Below, in pieces: positions 40,801-55,800 of a stretch of DNA of 64,000 nt. This DNA comes from Eledone cirrhosa (lineage: Eukaryota). The stretch is taken from contig OZ024743.1 in assembly GCA_964016885.1 (NCBI GenBank), forward strand, positions 21,576,001-21,640,000, given 5' to 3'. Position numbers and translations under genes: made by a program. How positions within the stretch are numbered: position 1 is the stretch's first letter; each line of letters begins with the position of its first letter. The notes below the pieces were generated by a model. That model made no database searches. It was not told the DNA's origin and saw only the letters and a list, made by a program, of their open reading frames with translations.

Positions 40801-43800
40801 TAGCTGGATTATTAAACCATTTATATATAATAGTAAAAATACAGTGCTGGGCAGAGGTGAGAACACTATGGTAGCTGTATTATTAAACCATTTATATATA
40901 ATAGTAAAAATAGAGTGCTGGGCAGAGGTGAGAACACTATGGTAGCAGGATTATTAGAACCATTTATATATAATAGTAAAAATAGAGTGCTGGGCAGAGG
41001 TGAGAACACTGTGGTAGCTGGATTATTAAACCATTTATATATAATAGTAAAAATAGAGTGCTGGGCAGAGGTGAGAACACTATGGTAGCAGGATTATTAG
41101 AACCATTTATATATAATAGTAAAAATACAGTGCTGGGAAGAGGTGAGAACACTATGGTAGCAGGATTATTAGAACCATTTATATATAATAGTAAAAATAG
41201 AGTGCTGGGCAGAGGTGAGAACACTATGGTACCTGGATTATTAAACCATTTATATATAATAGTAAAAATACAGTGCTGGGCAGAGGTGAGAACACTGTGG
41301 TAGCTGGATTATTAAACCATTTATATATAATAGTAAAAATAGAGTGCTGGGCAGAGGTGAGAACACTATGGTAGCTGGATTATTAAACCATTTATATATA
41401 ATAGTAAAAATAGAGTGCTGGGCAGAGGTGAGAACATTATCGTAGCTGGATTATTAAACCATTTATATATAATAGTAAAAATAGAGTGCTGGGCAGAGGT
41501 GAGAACACTATGGTAGCTGGATTATTAAACCATTTATATATAATAGTAAAAATACAGTGCTGGGCAGAGGTGAGAACACTATGGTAGCAGGATTATTAAA
41601 CCATTTATATATAATAGTAAAAATACAGTGCTGGGCAGAGGTGAGAACACTATGGTAGCTGGATTATTAAACCATTTATATATAATAGTAAAAATACAGT
41701 GCTGGGCAGAGGTGAGAACACTATGGTAGCAGGATTATTAAACCATTTATATATAATAGTAAAAATAGAGTGCTGGGCAAAGGTGAGACACTATGATAGC
41801 TGGATTATTAAACCATTTATATATAATAGTAAAAATAGAGTGCTGGGCAGAGGTGAGAACATTATGGTAGCTGGATTATTAAACCATTTATATATAATAG
41901 TAAAAATAGAGTGCTGGGCAGAGGTAAGAACACTATGGTAGCTGGATTATTAAACCATTTATATATAATAGTAAAAATACAGTGCTGTGTAGAGGTGAGA
42001 ACACTATGGTAGCTGGATTATTAAACCATTTATATATAATAGTAAAAATAGAGTGCTGGGCAGAGGTAAGAACACTATGGTAGCTGGATTATTAAACCAT
42101 TTATATATAATAGTAAAAATACAGTGCTGGGTAGAGGTGAGAACACTATGGTAGCTGGATTATTAAACCATTTATATATAATAGTAAAAATAGAGTGCTG
42201 GGCAGAGGTAAGAACACTATGGTAGCTGGATTATTAAACCATTTATATATAATAGTAAAAATAGAGTGCTGGGCAGAGGTGAGAACACTATGGTAGCTGG
42301 ATTATTAAACCATTTATATATAATAGTAAAAATAGAGTGCTGGGCAGAGGTGAGAACACTGTGGTAGCTGGATTATTAAACCATTTATATATAATAGTAA
42401 AAATAGAGTGCTGGGCAGAGGTGAGAACACTATGGTAGCTGGATTATTAAACCATTTATATATAATAGTAAAAATAGAGTTCTGGGCAGAGGTGAGAACA
42501 CTATGGTAGCTGGATTATTAAACCATTTATATATAATAGTAAAAATACAGTGCTGGGCAGAGGTGAGAACACTATGGAAGCAGGATTATTAAACCATTTA
42601 AATATAATAGTAAAAATACAGTGCTGGGCAGAGGTGAGAACATTATCGTAGCTGGATTATTAAACCATTTATATATAATAGTAAGAATACAGTGCTGGGC
42701 AGAGGTGAGAACACTATGGTAGCTGGATTATTAAACCATTTATATATAATAGTAAAAATACAGTGCTGGGCAGAGGTGAGAACACTGTGGTAGCTGGATT
42801 ATTAAACCATTTATATATAATAGTAAAAATACAGTGCTGGGCAGAGGTGAGAACACTATGGTAGCTGGATTATTAAACCATTTATATATAATAGTAAAAA
42901 TACAGTGCTGGGCAGAGGTGAGAACACTGTGGTAGCTGGATTATTAAACCATTTATATATAATAGTAAAAATACAGTGCTGGGCAGAGGTGAGAACACTA
43001 TGGTAGCTGGATTATTAAACCATTTATATATAATAGTAAAAATAGAGTGCTGGGCAGAGGTGAGAACATTATCGTAGCTGGATTATTAAACCATTTATAT
43101 ATAATAGTAAAAATGGAGTGCTGGGCAGAGGTGAGAACACTATGGTAGCTGGATTATTAAACCATTTATATATAATAGTAAAAATACAGTGCTGGGCAGA
43201 GGTGAGAACACTATGGTAGCTGGATTATTAAACCATTTATATATAATAGTAAAAATAGAGTGCTGGGCAGAGGTGAGAACACTATGGTATCTGGATTATT
43301 AAACCATTTATATATAATAGTAAAAATACAGTGTTGGGCAGAGGTGAGAACACTGTGGTAGCTGCATTATTAAACCACTTATATATAATAGTAAAAATAG
43401 AGTGCTGGGCAGAGGTGAGAACACTATGGTAGCTGGATTATTATACCATTTATATATAATAGTAAAAATAGAGTGCTGGGCAGAGGTGAGAACACTATGG
43501 AAGCAGGATTATTAAACCATTTATATATAATAGTAAAAATACAGTGCTGGGCAGAGGTGAGAACACTATGGTAGCAGGATTATTAAACCATTTATATATA
43601 ATAGTAAAAATAGAGTGCTGGGCAGAGGTTAGAACACTATGGTAGCGGAATTATTAAACCATTTATATATAATAGTAAAAATACAGTGCTGGGCAGAGGT
43701 GAGAACACTATGGTAGCCGGATTATTATACCATTTATATATAATAGTAAAAATACAGTGCTGGGCAAATGTGAGACACTATGATAGCTGGATTATTAAAC

Positions 43801-46800
43801 CATTTATATATAATAGTAAAAATAGAGTGCTGGGCAGAGGTGAGAACATTATGGTAGCTGGATTATTAAACCATTTATATATAATAGTAAAAATAGAGTG
43901 CTGGGCAGAGGTAAGAACACTATGGTAGCTGGATTATTAAACCATTTATATACAATAGTAAAAATACAGTGCTGGGTAGAGGTGAGAACACTATGGTAGC
44001 TGGATTATTAAACCATTTATATATAATAGTAAAAATACAGTGCTGGGCAGAGGTGAGAACACTGTGGTAGCTGGATTATTAAACCATTTATATATAATAG
44101 TAAAAATAGAGTGCTGGGCAGAGGTGAGAACACTATGGTAGCAGGATTATTAAACCATTTATTTATAATAGTAAAAATACAGTGCTGGGCAGAGGTGAGA
44201 ACACTGTGGTAGCTGGATTATTAAACCATTTATATACAATAGTAAAAATACAGTGCTGGGTAGAGGTGAGAACACTATGGTAGCTGGATTATTAAACCAT
44301 TTATATATAATAGTAAAAATACAGTGCTGGGCAGAGGTGAGAACACTGTGGTAGCTGGATTATTAAACCATTTATATATAATAGTAAAAATACAGTGCTG
44401 GGCAGAGGTGAGAACACTATGGTAGCTGGATTATTAAACCATTTATATATAATAGTAAAAATACAGTGCTGGGCAGAGGTGAGAACACTGTGGTAGCTGG
44501 ATTATTAAACCATTTATATATAATAGTAAAAATAGAGTGCTGGGCAGAGGTGAGAACACTGTGGTAGCTGCATTATTAAACCACTTATATATAATATTAA
44601 AAATAGAGTGCTGGGCAGAGGTGAGAACACTATGGTAGCTGGATTATTATACCATTTATATATAATAGTAAAAATAGAGTGCTGGGCAGAGGTGAGAACA
44701 CTATGGAAGCAGGATTATTAAACCATTTATATATAATAGTAAAAATACAGTGCTGGGAAAAGGTGAGACACTATGATAGCTGGATTATTAAACCATTTAT
44801 ATATAATAGTAAAAATAGAGTGCTGGGCAGAGGTGAGAACACTATGGTAGCCGGATTATTATACCATTTATATATAATAGTAAAAATACAGTGCTGGGCA
44901 AAGGTGAGACACTATGATAGCTGGATTATTAAACCATTTATGTATAATAGTAAAAATAGAGTGCTGGGCAGAGGTGAGAACACTATGGTAGCAGGATTAT
45001 TAAACCATTTATATATAATAGTAAAAATAGAGTGCTGGGTAGAGGTGAGAACACTATGGTAGCTGGATTATTAAACCATTTATATATAATAGTAAAAATA
45101 GAGTGCTGGGCAGAGGTAAGAACACTATGGTAGCTGGATTATTAAACCATTTATATATAATAGTAAAAATACAGTGCTGGGCAGAGGTGAGAACACTATG
45201 GTAGCTGGATTATTAAACCATTTATATATAATAGTAAAAATACAGTGCTGGGAAAAGGTGAGACACTATGATAGCTGGATTATTAAACCATTTATATATA
45301 ATAGTAAAAATAGAGTGCTGGGCAGAGGTGAGAACACTATGGTAGCTGGATTATTAAACCATTTATATATAATAGTAAAAATAGAGCGCTGGGCAGAGGT
45401 GAGAACACTATGGTAGCTGGATTATTAAACCATTTATATATAATAGTAAAAATAGAGTGCTGGGCAGAGGTGAGAACACTATGGTAGCTGGATTATTAAA
45501 CCATTTATATATAATAGTAAAAATACAGTGCTGGGCAGAGGTGAGAACACTATGGTAGCTGGATTATTAAACCATTTATATATAATAGTAAAAATAGAGT
45601 GCTGGGCAGAGGTGAGAACACTATGGTAGCTGGATTATTAAACCATTTATATATAATAGTAAAAATACAGTGCTGGGCAGAGGTGAGAACACTATGGTAG
45701 CTGTATTATTAAACCATTTATATATAATAGTAAAAATAGAGTGCTGGGCAGAGGTGAGAACACTATGGTAGCAGGATTATTAGAACCATTTATATATAAT
45801 AGTAAAAATAGAGTGCTGGGCAGAGGTGAGAACACTGTGGTAGCTGGATTATTAAACCATTTATATATAATAGTAAAAATAGAGTGCTGGGCAGAGGTGA
45901 GAACACTATGGTAGCAGGATTATTAGAACCATTTATATATAATAGTAAAAATACAGTGCTGGGAAGAGGTGAGAACACTATGGTAGCAGGATTATTAGAA
46001 CCATTTATATATAATAGTAAAAATAGAGTGCTGGGCAGAGGTGAGAACACTATGGTACCTGGATTATTAAACCATTTATATATAATAGTAAAAATACAGT
46101 GCTGGGCAGAGGTGAGAACACTGTGGTAGCTGGATTATTAAACCATTTATATATAATAGTAAAAATAGAGTGCTGGGCAGAGGTGAGAACACTATGGTAG
46201 CTGGATTATTAAACCATTTATATATAATAGTAAAAATAGAGTGCTGGGCAGAGGTGAGAACATTATCGTAGCTGGATTATTAAACCATTTATATATAATA
46301 GTAAAAATAGAGTGCTGGGCAGAGGTGAGAACACTATGGTAGCTGGATTATTAAACCATTTATATATAATAGTAAAAATACAGTGCTGGGCAGAGGTGAG
46401 AACACTATGGTAGCAGGATTATTAAACCATTTATATATAATAGTAAAAATACAGTGCTGGGCAGAGGTGAGAACACTATGGTAGCTGGATTATTAAACCA
46501 TTTATATATAATAGTAAAAATACAGTGCTGGGCAGAGGTGAGAACACTATGGTAGCAGGATTATTAAACCATTTATATATAATAGTAAAAATAGAGTGCT
46601 GGGCAAAGGTGAGACACTATGATAGCTGGATTATTAAACCATTTATATATAATAGTAAAAATAGAGTGCTGGGCAGAGGTGAGAACATTATGGTAGCTGG
46701 ATTATTAAACCATTTATATATAATAGTAAAAATAGAGTGCTGGGCAGAGGTAAGAACACTATGGTAGCTGGATTATTAAACCATTTATATATAATAGTAA

Positions 46801-49800
46801 AAATACAGTGCTGTGTAGAGGTGAGAACACTATGGTAGCTGGATTATTAAACCATTTATATATAATAGTAAAAATAGAGTGCTGGGCAGAGGTAAGAACA
46901 CTATGGTAGCTGGATTATTAAACCATTTATATATAATAGTAAAAATACAGTGCTGGGTAGAGGTGAGAACACTATGGTAGCTGGATTATTAAACCATTTA
47001 TATATAATAGTAAAAATAGAGTGCTGGGCAGAGTTAAGAACACTATGGTAGCTGGATTATTAAACCATTTATATATAATAGTAAAAATAGAGTGCTGGGC
47101 AGAGGTGAGAACACTATGGTAGCTGGATTATTAAACCATTTATATATAATAGTAAAAATAGAGTGCTGGGCAGAGGTGAGAACACTGTGGTAGCTGGATT
47201 ATTAAACCATTTATATATAATAGTAAAAATAGAGTGCTGGGCAGAGGTGAGAACACTATGGTAGCTGGATTATTAAACCATTTATATATAATAGTAAAAA
47301 TAGAGTTCTGGGCAGAGGTGAGAACACTATGGTAGCTGGATTATTAAACCATTTATATATAATAGTAAAAATACAGTGCTGGGCAGAGGTGAGAACACTA
47401 TGGTAGCAGGATTATTAAACCATTTATATATAATAGTAAAAATAGAGTGCTGGGCAGAGGTTAGAACACTATGGTAGCGGAATTATTAAACCATTTATAT
47501 ATAATAGTAAAAATAGAGTGCTGGGCAGAGGTGAGAACATTATGGTAGCAGGATTATTAAACCATTTATATATAATAGTAAAAATACAGTGTTGGGCAGA
47601 GGTGAGAACACTATGGTAGCAGGATTATTAAACCATTTATATATAATAGTAAAAATACAGTGCTGGGCAGAGGTGAGAACACTATGGTAGCTGGATTATT
47701 AAACCATTTATATATAATAGTAAAAATACAGTGCTGGGCAGAGTTGAGAACACTATGGTAGCCGGATTATTAAACCATTTATATATAATAGTAAAAATAC
47801 AGTGCTGGGCAAAGGTGAGACACTATGATAGCTGGATTATTAAACCATTTATATATAATAGTAAAAATAGAGTGCTGGGCAGAGGTGAGAACATTATGGT
47901 AGCTGGATTATTAAACCATTTATATATAATAGTAAAAATAGAGTGCTGGACAGAGGTAAGAACACTATAGTAGCTGGATTATTAAACCATTTATATATAA
48001 TAGTAAAAATACAGTGCTGGGCAGAGGTGAGAACACTATGGTAGCTGGATTATTAAACCATTTATATATAGTAGTAAAAATACAGTGCTGGGCAGGTGAG
48101 AACACTATGGTAGCCGGATTATTAAACCATTTATATATAATAGTAAAAATACAGTGCTGGGCAAAGGTGAGACACTATGATAGCTGGATTATTAAACCAT
48201 TTATATATAATAGTAAAAATAGAGTGCTGGGCAGAGGTGAGAACACTGTGGTAGCTGGATTATTAAACCATTTATATATAATAGTAAAAATACAGTGCTG
48301 GGCAGAGGTGAGAACACTATGGTAGCTGGATTATTAAACCATTTATATATAATAGTAAAAATAGAGTGCTGGGCAGAGGTGAGAACACTGTGGTAGCTGG
48401 ATTATTAAACCATTTATATATAATAGTAAAAATACAGTGCTGGGCAGAGGTGAGAACACTATGGTAGCAGGATTATTAAACCATTTATATATAATAGTAA
48501 AAATAGAGTGCTGGGCAGAGGTGAGAGCACTATGGTAGCTGGATTATTAAACCATTTAGATATAATAGTAAAAATACAGTGCTGGGCAAAGGTGAGACAC
48601 TATGATAGCTGGATTATTAAACCATTTATATATAATAGTAAAAATAGAGTGCTGGGCAGAGGTGAGAACACTATGGTAGCTGGATTATTAAACCATTTAT
48701 ATATAATAGTAAAAATAGAGTGCTGGGCAGAGGTGAGAATACTATGGTAGCTGGATTATTAAACCATTTATATATAATAGTAAAAATAGAGTGCTGGGCA
48801 GAGGTGAGAACACTGTGGTAGCTGCATTATTAAACCACTTATATATAATAGTAAAAATAGAGTGCTGGGCAGAGGTGAGAACACTGTGGTAGCTGCATTA
48901 TTAAACCACTTATATATAATAGTAAAAATAGAGTGCTGGGCAGAGGTGAGAACACTGTGGGAGCTGCATTATTAAACCACTTATATATAATAGTAAAAAT
49001 AGAGTCCTGGGCAGAGGTGAGAACACTGTGGTAGCTGGATTATTAAACCATTTATATATAATAGTAAAAATACAGTGCTGGGCAGAGGTGAGAACACTAT
49101 GGTAGCTGGATTATTAAACCATTTATATATAATAGTAAAAATACAGTGCTGGGCAGAGGTGAGAACACTGTGGTAGCTGGATTATTAAACCATTTATATA
49201 TAATAGTAAAAATACAGTGCTGGGCAGAGGTGAGAACACTATGGTAGCTGGATTATTAAACCATTTATATATAATAGTAAAAATAGAGTGCTGGGCAGAG
49301 GTGAGAACATTATCGTAGCTGGATTATTAAACCATTTATATATAATAGTAAAAATGGAGTGCTGGGCAGAGGTGAGAACACTATGGTAGCTGGATTATTA
49401 AACCATTTATATATAATAGTAAAAATAGAGTGCTGGGCAGAGGTGAGAACACTATGGTATCTGGATTATTAAACCATTTATATATAATAGTAAAAATACA
49501 GTGTTGGGCAGAGGTGAGAACACTGTGGTAGCTGCATTATTAAACCACTTATATATAATAGTAAAAATAGAGTGCTGGGCAGAGGTGAGAACACTATGGT
49601 AGCTGGATTATTATACCATTTATATATAATAGTAAAAATAGAGTGCTGGGCAGAGGTGAGAACACTATGGTAGCTGGATTATTAAACCATTTATATATAA
49701 TAGTAAAAATAGAGTTCTGGGCAGAGGTGAGAACACTATGGTAGCTGGATTATTAAACCATTTATATATAATAGTAAAAATACAGTGCTGGGCAGAGGTG

Positions 49801-52800
49801 AGAACACTATGGTAGCAGGATTATTAAACCATTTATATATAATAGTAAAAATAGAGTGCTGGGCAGAGGTTAGAACACTATGGTAGCGGAATTATTAAAC
49901 CATTTATATATAATAGTAAAAATACAGTGCTGGGCAGAGGTGAGAACACTATGGTAGCCGGATTATTATACCATTTATATATAATAGTAAAAATACAGTG
50001 CTGGGCAAATGTGAGACACTATGATAGCTGGATTATTAAACCATTTATATATAATAGTAAAAATAGAGTGCTGGGCAGAGGTGAGAACATTATGGTAGCA
50101 GGATTATTAAACCATTTATATATAATAGTAAAAATACAGTGTTGGGCAGAGGTGAGAACACTATGGTAGCAGGATTATTAAACCATTTATATATAATAGT
50201 AAAAATACAGTGCTGGGCAGAGGTGAGAACACTATGGTAGCTGGATTATTAAACCATTTATATATAATAGTAAAAATACAGTGCTGGGCAGAGTTGAGAA
50301 CACTATGGTAGCCGGATTATTAAACCATTTATATATAATAGTAAAAATACAGTGCTGGGCAAAGGTGAGACACTATGATAGCTGGATTATTAAACCATTT
50401 ATATATAATAGTAAAAATAGAGTGCTGGGCAGAGGTGAGAACATTATGGTAGCTGGATTATTAAACCATTTATATATAATAGTAAAAATAGAGTGCTGGA
50501 CAGAGGTAAGAACACTATAGTAGCTGGATTATTAAACCATTTATATATAATAGTAAAAATACAGTGCTGGGCAGAGGTGAGAACACTATGGTAGCTGGAT
50601 TATTAAACCATTTATATATAGTAGTAAAAATACAGTGCTGGGCAGGTGAGAACACTATGGTAGCCGGATTATTAAACCATTTATATATAATAGTAAAAAT
50701 ACAGTGCTGGGCAAAGGTGAGACACTATGATAGCTGGATTATTAAACCATTTATATATAATAGTAAAAATAGAGTGCTGGGCAGAGGTGAGAACACTGTG
50801 GTAGCTGGATTATTAAACCATTTATATATAATAGTAAAAATACAGTGCTGGGCAGAGGTGAGAACACTATGGTAGCTGGATTATTAAACCATTTATATAT
50901 AATAGTAAAAATAGAGTGCTGGGCAGAGGTGAGAACACTGTGGTAGCTGGATTATTAAACCATTTATATATAATAGTAAAAATACAGTGCTGGGCAGAGG
51001 TGAGAACACTATGGTAGCAGGATTATTAAACCATTTATATATAATAGTAAAAATAGAGTGCTGGGCAGAGGTGAGAGCACTATGGTAGCTGGATTATTAA
51101 ACCATTTAGATATAATAGTAAAAATACAGTGCTGGGCAAAGGTGAGACACTATGATAGCTGGATTATTAAACCATTTATATATAATAGTAAAAATAGAGT
51201 GCTGGGCAGAGGTGAGAACACTATGGTAGCTGGATTATTAAACCATTTATATATAATAGTAAAAATAGAGTGCTGGGCAGAGGTGAGAACACTATGGTAG
51301 CTGGATTATTAAACCATTTATATATAATAGTAAAAATAGAGTGCTGGGCAGAGGTGAGAACACTGTGGTAGCTGCATTATTAAACCACTTATATATAATA
51401 GTAAAAATAGAGTGCTGGGCAGAGGTGAGAACACTGTGGTAGCTGCATTATTAAACCACTTATATATAATAGTAAAAATAGAGTGCTGGGCAGAGGTGAG
51501 AACACTATGGTAGCTGGATTATTAAACCATTTATATATAATAGTAAAAATAGAGTGCTGGGCAGAGGTGAGAACACTATGGTAGCTGGATTATTAAACCA
51601 TTTATATATAATAGTAAAAATAGAGTGCTGGGCAGAGGTGAGAACACTATGGTATCTGGATTATTAAACCATTTATATATAATAGTAAAAATACAGTGTT
51701 GGGCAGAGGTGAGAACACTGTGGTAGCTGCATTATTAAACCACTTATATATAATAGTAAAAATAGAGTGCTGGGCAGAGGTGAGAACACTATGGTAGCTG
51801 GATTATTATACCATTTATATATAATAGTAAAAATAGAGTGCTGGGCAGAGGTGAGAACACTATGGAAGCAGGATTATTAAACCATTTATATATAATAGTA
51901 AAAATAGAGTGCTGGGCAGAGGTGAGAACACTGTGGTAGCTGCATTATTAAACCACTTATATATAATAGTAAAAATAGAGTGCTGGGCAGAGGTGAGAAC
52001 ACTGTGGTAGCTGCATTATTAAACCACTTATATATAATAGTAAAAATAGAGTGCTGGGCAGAGGTGAGAACACTGTGGGAGCTGCATTATTAAACCACTT
52101 ATATATAATAGTAAAAATAGAGTGCTGGGCAGAGGTGAGAACACTATGGTAGCTGGATTATTAAACCATTTATATATAATAGTAAAAATACAGTGCTGGG
52201 CAGAGGTGAGAACACTATGGTAGCTGGATTATTAAACCATTTATATATAATAGTAAAAATACAGTGTTGGGCAGAGGTAAGAACACTATGGTAGCTGGAT
52301 TATTAAACCATTTATTTATAATAGTAAAAATAGAGTGCTGGGCAGAGGTGAGAACACTGTGGTAGCCGGATTATTAAACCATTTAAATATAATAGTAAAA
52401 ATAGAGTGCTGGGCAGAGGTAAGAACACTGTGGTAGCTGGATTATTAGAACCATTTATATATAATAGTAAACATAGAGTGCTGGGCAGAGGTGAGAACAC
52501 TATGGTAGCCGGATTATTAAACCATTTATATATAATAGTAAAAATACAGTGCTGGGCAGAGGTGAGAACATTATCGTAGCTGGATTATTAAACCATTTAT
52601 ATATAATAGTAAAAATAGAGTGCTGGGCAGAGGTGAGAACACTATGGTAGCTGGATTATTAAACCATTTATATATAATAGTAAAAATAGAGTGCTGGGCA
52701 GAGGTGAGAACACTATGGTAGCTGGATTATTAAACCATTTATATATAATAGTAAAAATACAGTGTTGGGCAGAGGTAAGAACACTATGGTAGCTGGATTA

Positions 52801-55800
52801 TTAAACCATTTATATATAATAGTAAAAATACAGTGCTGGGCAGAGGTGAGAACACTATGGTAGCTGGATTATTAAACCATTTATATATAATAGTAAAAAT
52901 ACAGTGTTGGGCAGAGGTAAGAACACTATGGTAGCTGGATTATTAAACCATTTATTTATAATAGTAAAAATAGAGTGCTGGGCAGAGGTGAGAACACTGT
53001 GGTAGCCGGATTATTAAACCATTTAAATATAATAGTAAAAATAGAGTGCTGGGCAGAGGTAAGAACACTGTGGTAGCTGGATTATTAGAACCATTTATAT
53101 ATAATAGTAAACATAGAGTGCTGGGCAGAGGTGAGAACACTATGGTAGCCGGATTATTAAACCATTTATATATAATAGTAAAAATACAGTGCTGGGCAGA
53201 GGTGAGAACATTATCGTAGCTGGATTATTAAACCATTTATATATAATAGTAAAAATAGAGTGCTGGGCAGAGGTGAGAACACTATGGTAGCTGGATTATT
53301 AAACCATTTATATATAATAGTAAAAATAGAGTGCTGGGCAGAGGTGAGAACACTGTGGTAGCTGGATTATTAAACCATTTATATATAATAGTAAAAATAC
53401 AGTGCTGGGTAGAGGTGAGAACACTATGGTAGCTGGATTATTAAACCATTTAAATATAATAGTAAAAATAGAGTGCTGGGCAGAGGTAAGAACACTGTGG
53501 TAGCTGGATTATTAGAACCATTTATATATAATAGTAAAAATACAGTGTTGGGCAGAGGTAAGAACACTGTGGTAGCTGGATTATTAGAACCATTTATATA
53601 TAATAGTAAAAATACAGTGCTGGGCAGAGGTAAGAACACTGTGGTAGCTGGATTATTAGAACCATTTATATATAATAGTAAAAATACAGTGTTGGGCAGA
53701 GGTAAGAACACTGTGGTAGCTGGATTATTAGAACCATTTATATATAATAGTAAAAATACAGTGTTGGGCAGAGGTAAGAACACTGTGGTAGCTGGATTAT
53801 TAGAACCATTTATATATAATAGTAAAAATACAGTGTTGGGCAGAGGTAAGAACACTGTGGTAGCTGGATTATTAAACCATTTATATATAATAGTAAAAAT
53901 AGAGTGCTGGGCAGAGGTGAGAACACTATGGTAGCTGGATTATTAAACCATTTATATATAATAGTAAAAATAGAGTGCTGGGCAGAGGTAAGAACACTGT
54001 GGTAGCTGGATTATTAAACCATTTATATATAATAGTAAAAATAGAGTGCTGGGTAGAGGTGAGAACACTATGGTACCTGGATCATTAAACCATTTATATA
54101 TAATAGTAAAAATACAGTGCTGGGCAGAGGTGAGAACACTATGGTAGCTGGATTATTAAACCATTTATATATAATAGTAAAAATACAGTGTTGGGCAGAG
54201 GTAAGAACACTATGGTAGCTGGATTATTAAACCATTTATATATAATAGTAAAAATACAGTGTTGGGCAGAGGTAAGAACACTATGGTAGCTGGATTATTA
54301 AACCATTTATATATAATAGTAAAAATACAGTGTTGGGCAGAGGTAAGAACACTATGGTAGCAGGATTATTAGAACCATTTATATATCATAGTAAAAATAC
54401 AGTGCTGGGTAGAGGTGAGAACACTATGGTAGCTGGATCATTAAACCATTTATATATAATAGTAAAAATACAGTGTTGGGCAGAGGTAAGAACATTATGG
54501 TAGCTGGATTATTAAACCATTTATATATAATAGTAAAAATACAGTGTTGGGCAGAGGTAAGAACACTATGGTAGCTGGATTATTAGAACCATTTATATAT
54601 AATAGTAAAAATAGAGTGCTGGGCAGAGGTGAGAACACTGTGGTAGCTGGATTATTAAACCATTTATATATAATAGTAAAAATAGAGTGCTGGGCAGAGG
54701 TGAGAACACTATGGTAGCTGGATTATTATACCATTTATATATAATAGTAAAAATAGAGTGCTGGGCAGAGGTGAGAACACTATGGAAGCAGGATTATTAA
54801 ACCATTTATATATAATAGTAAAAATACAGTGCTGGGTAGAGGTGAGAACACTATGGTAGCTGGATTATTAAACCATTTATATATAATAGTAAAAATAGAG
54901 TGCTGGGCAGAGGTGAGAACACTATGGAAGCAGGATTATTATACCATTTATATATAATAGTAAAAATACAGTGCTGGGCAGAGGTGAGAACACTATGGTA
55001 GCTGGATTATTAAACCATTTATATATAATAGTAAAAATAGAGTGCTGGGCAGAGGTGAGAACACTATGGTAGCTGGATTATTAAACCATTTATATATAAT
55101 AGTAAAAATACAGTGCTGGGTAGAGGTGAGAACACTATGGTAGCTGGATTATTAAACCATTTAAATATAATAGTAAAAATAGAGTGCTGGGCAGAGGTAA
55201 GAACACTGTGGTAGCTGGATTATTAGAACCATTTATATATAATAGTAAAAATACAGTGTTGGGCAGAGGTAAGAACACTGTGGTAGCTGGATTATTAGAA
55301 CCATTTATATATAATAGTAAAAATACAGTGCTGGGCAGAGGTAAGAACACTGTGGTAGCTGGATTATTAGAACCATTTATATATAATAGTAAAAATACAG
55401 TGTTGGGCAGAGGTAAGAACACTGTGGTAGCTGGATTATTAGAACCATTTATATATAATAGTAAAAATACAGTGTTGGGCAGAGGTAAGAACACTGTGGT
55501 AGCTGGATTATTAGAACCATTTATATATAATAGTAAAAATACAGTGTTGGGCAGAGGTAAGAACACTGTGGTAGCTGGATTATTAAACCATTTATATATA
55601 ATAGTAAAAATAGAGTGCTGGGCAGAGGTGAGAACACTATGGTAGCTGGATTATTAAACCATTTATATATAATAGTAAAAATAGAGTGCTGGGCAGAGGT
55701 AAGAACACTGTGGTAGCTGGATTATTAAACCATTTATATATAATAGTAAAAATAGAGTGCTGGGCAGAGGTGAGAACACTATGGTAGCTGGATTATTAAA

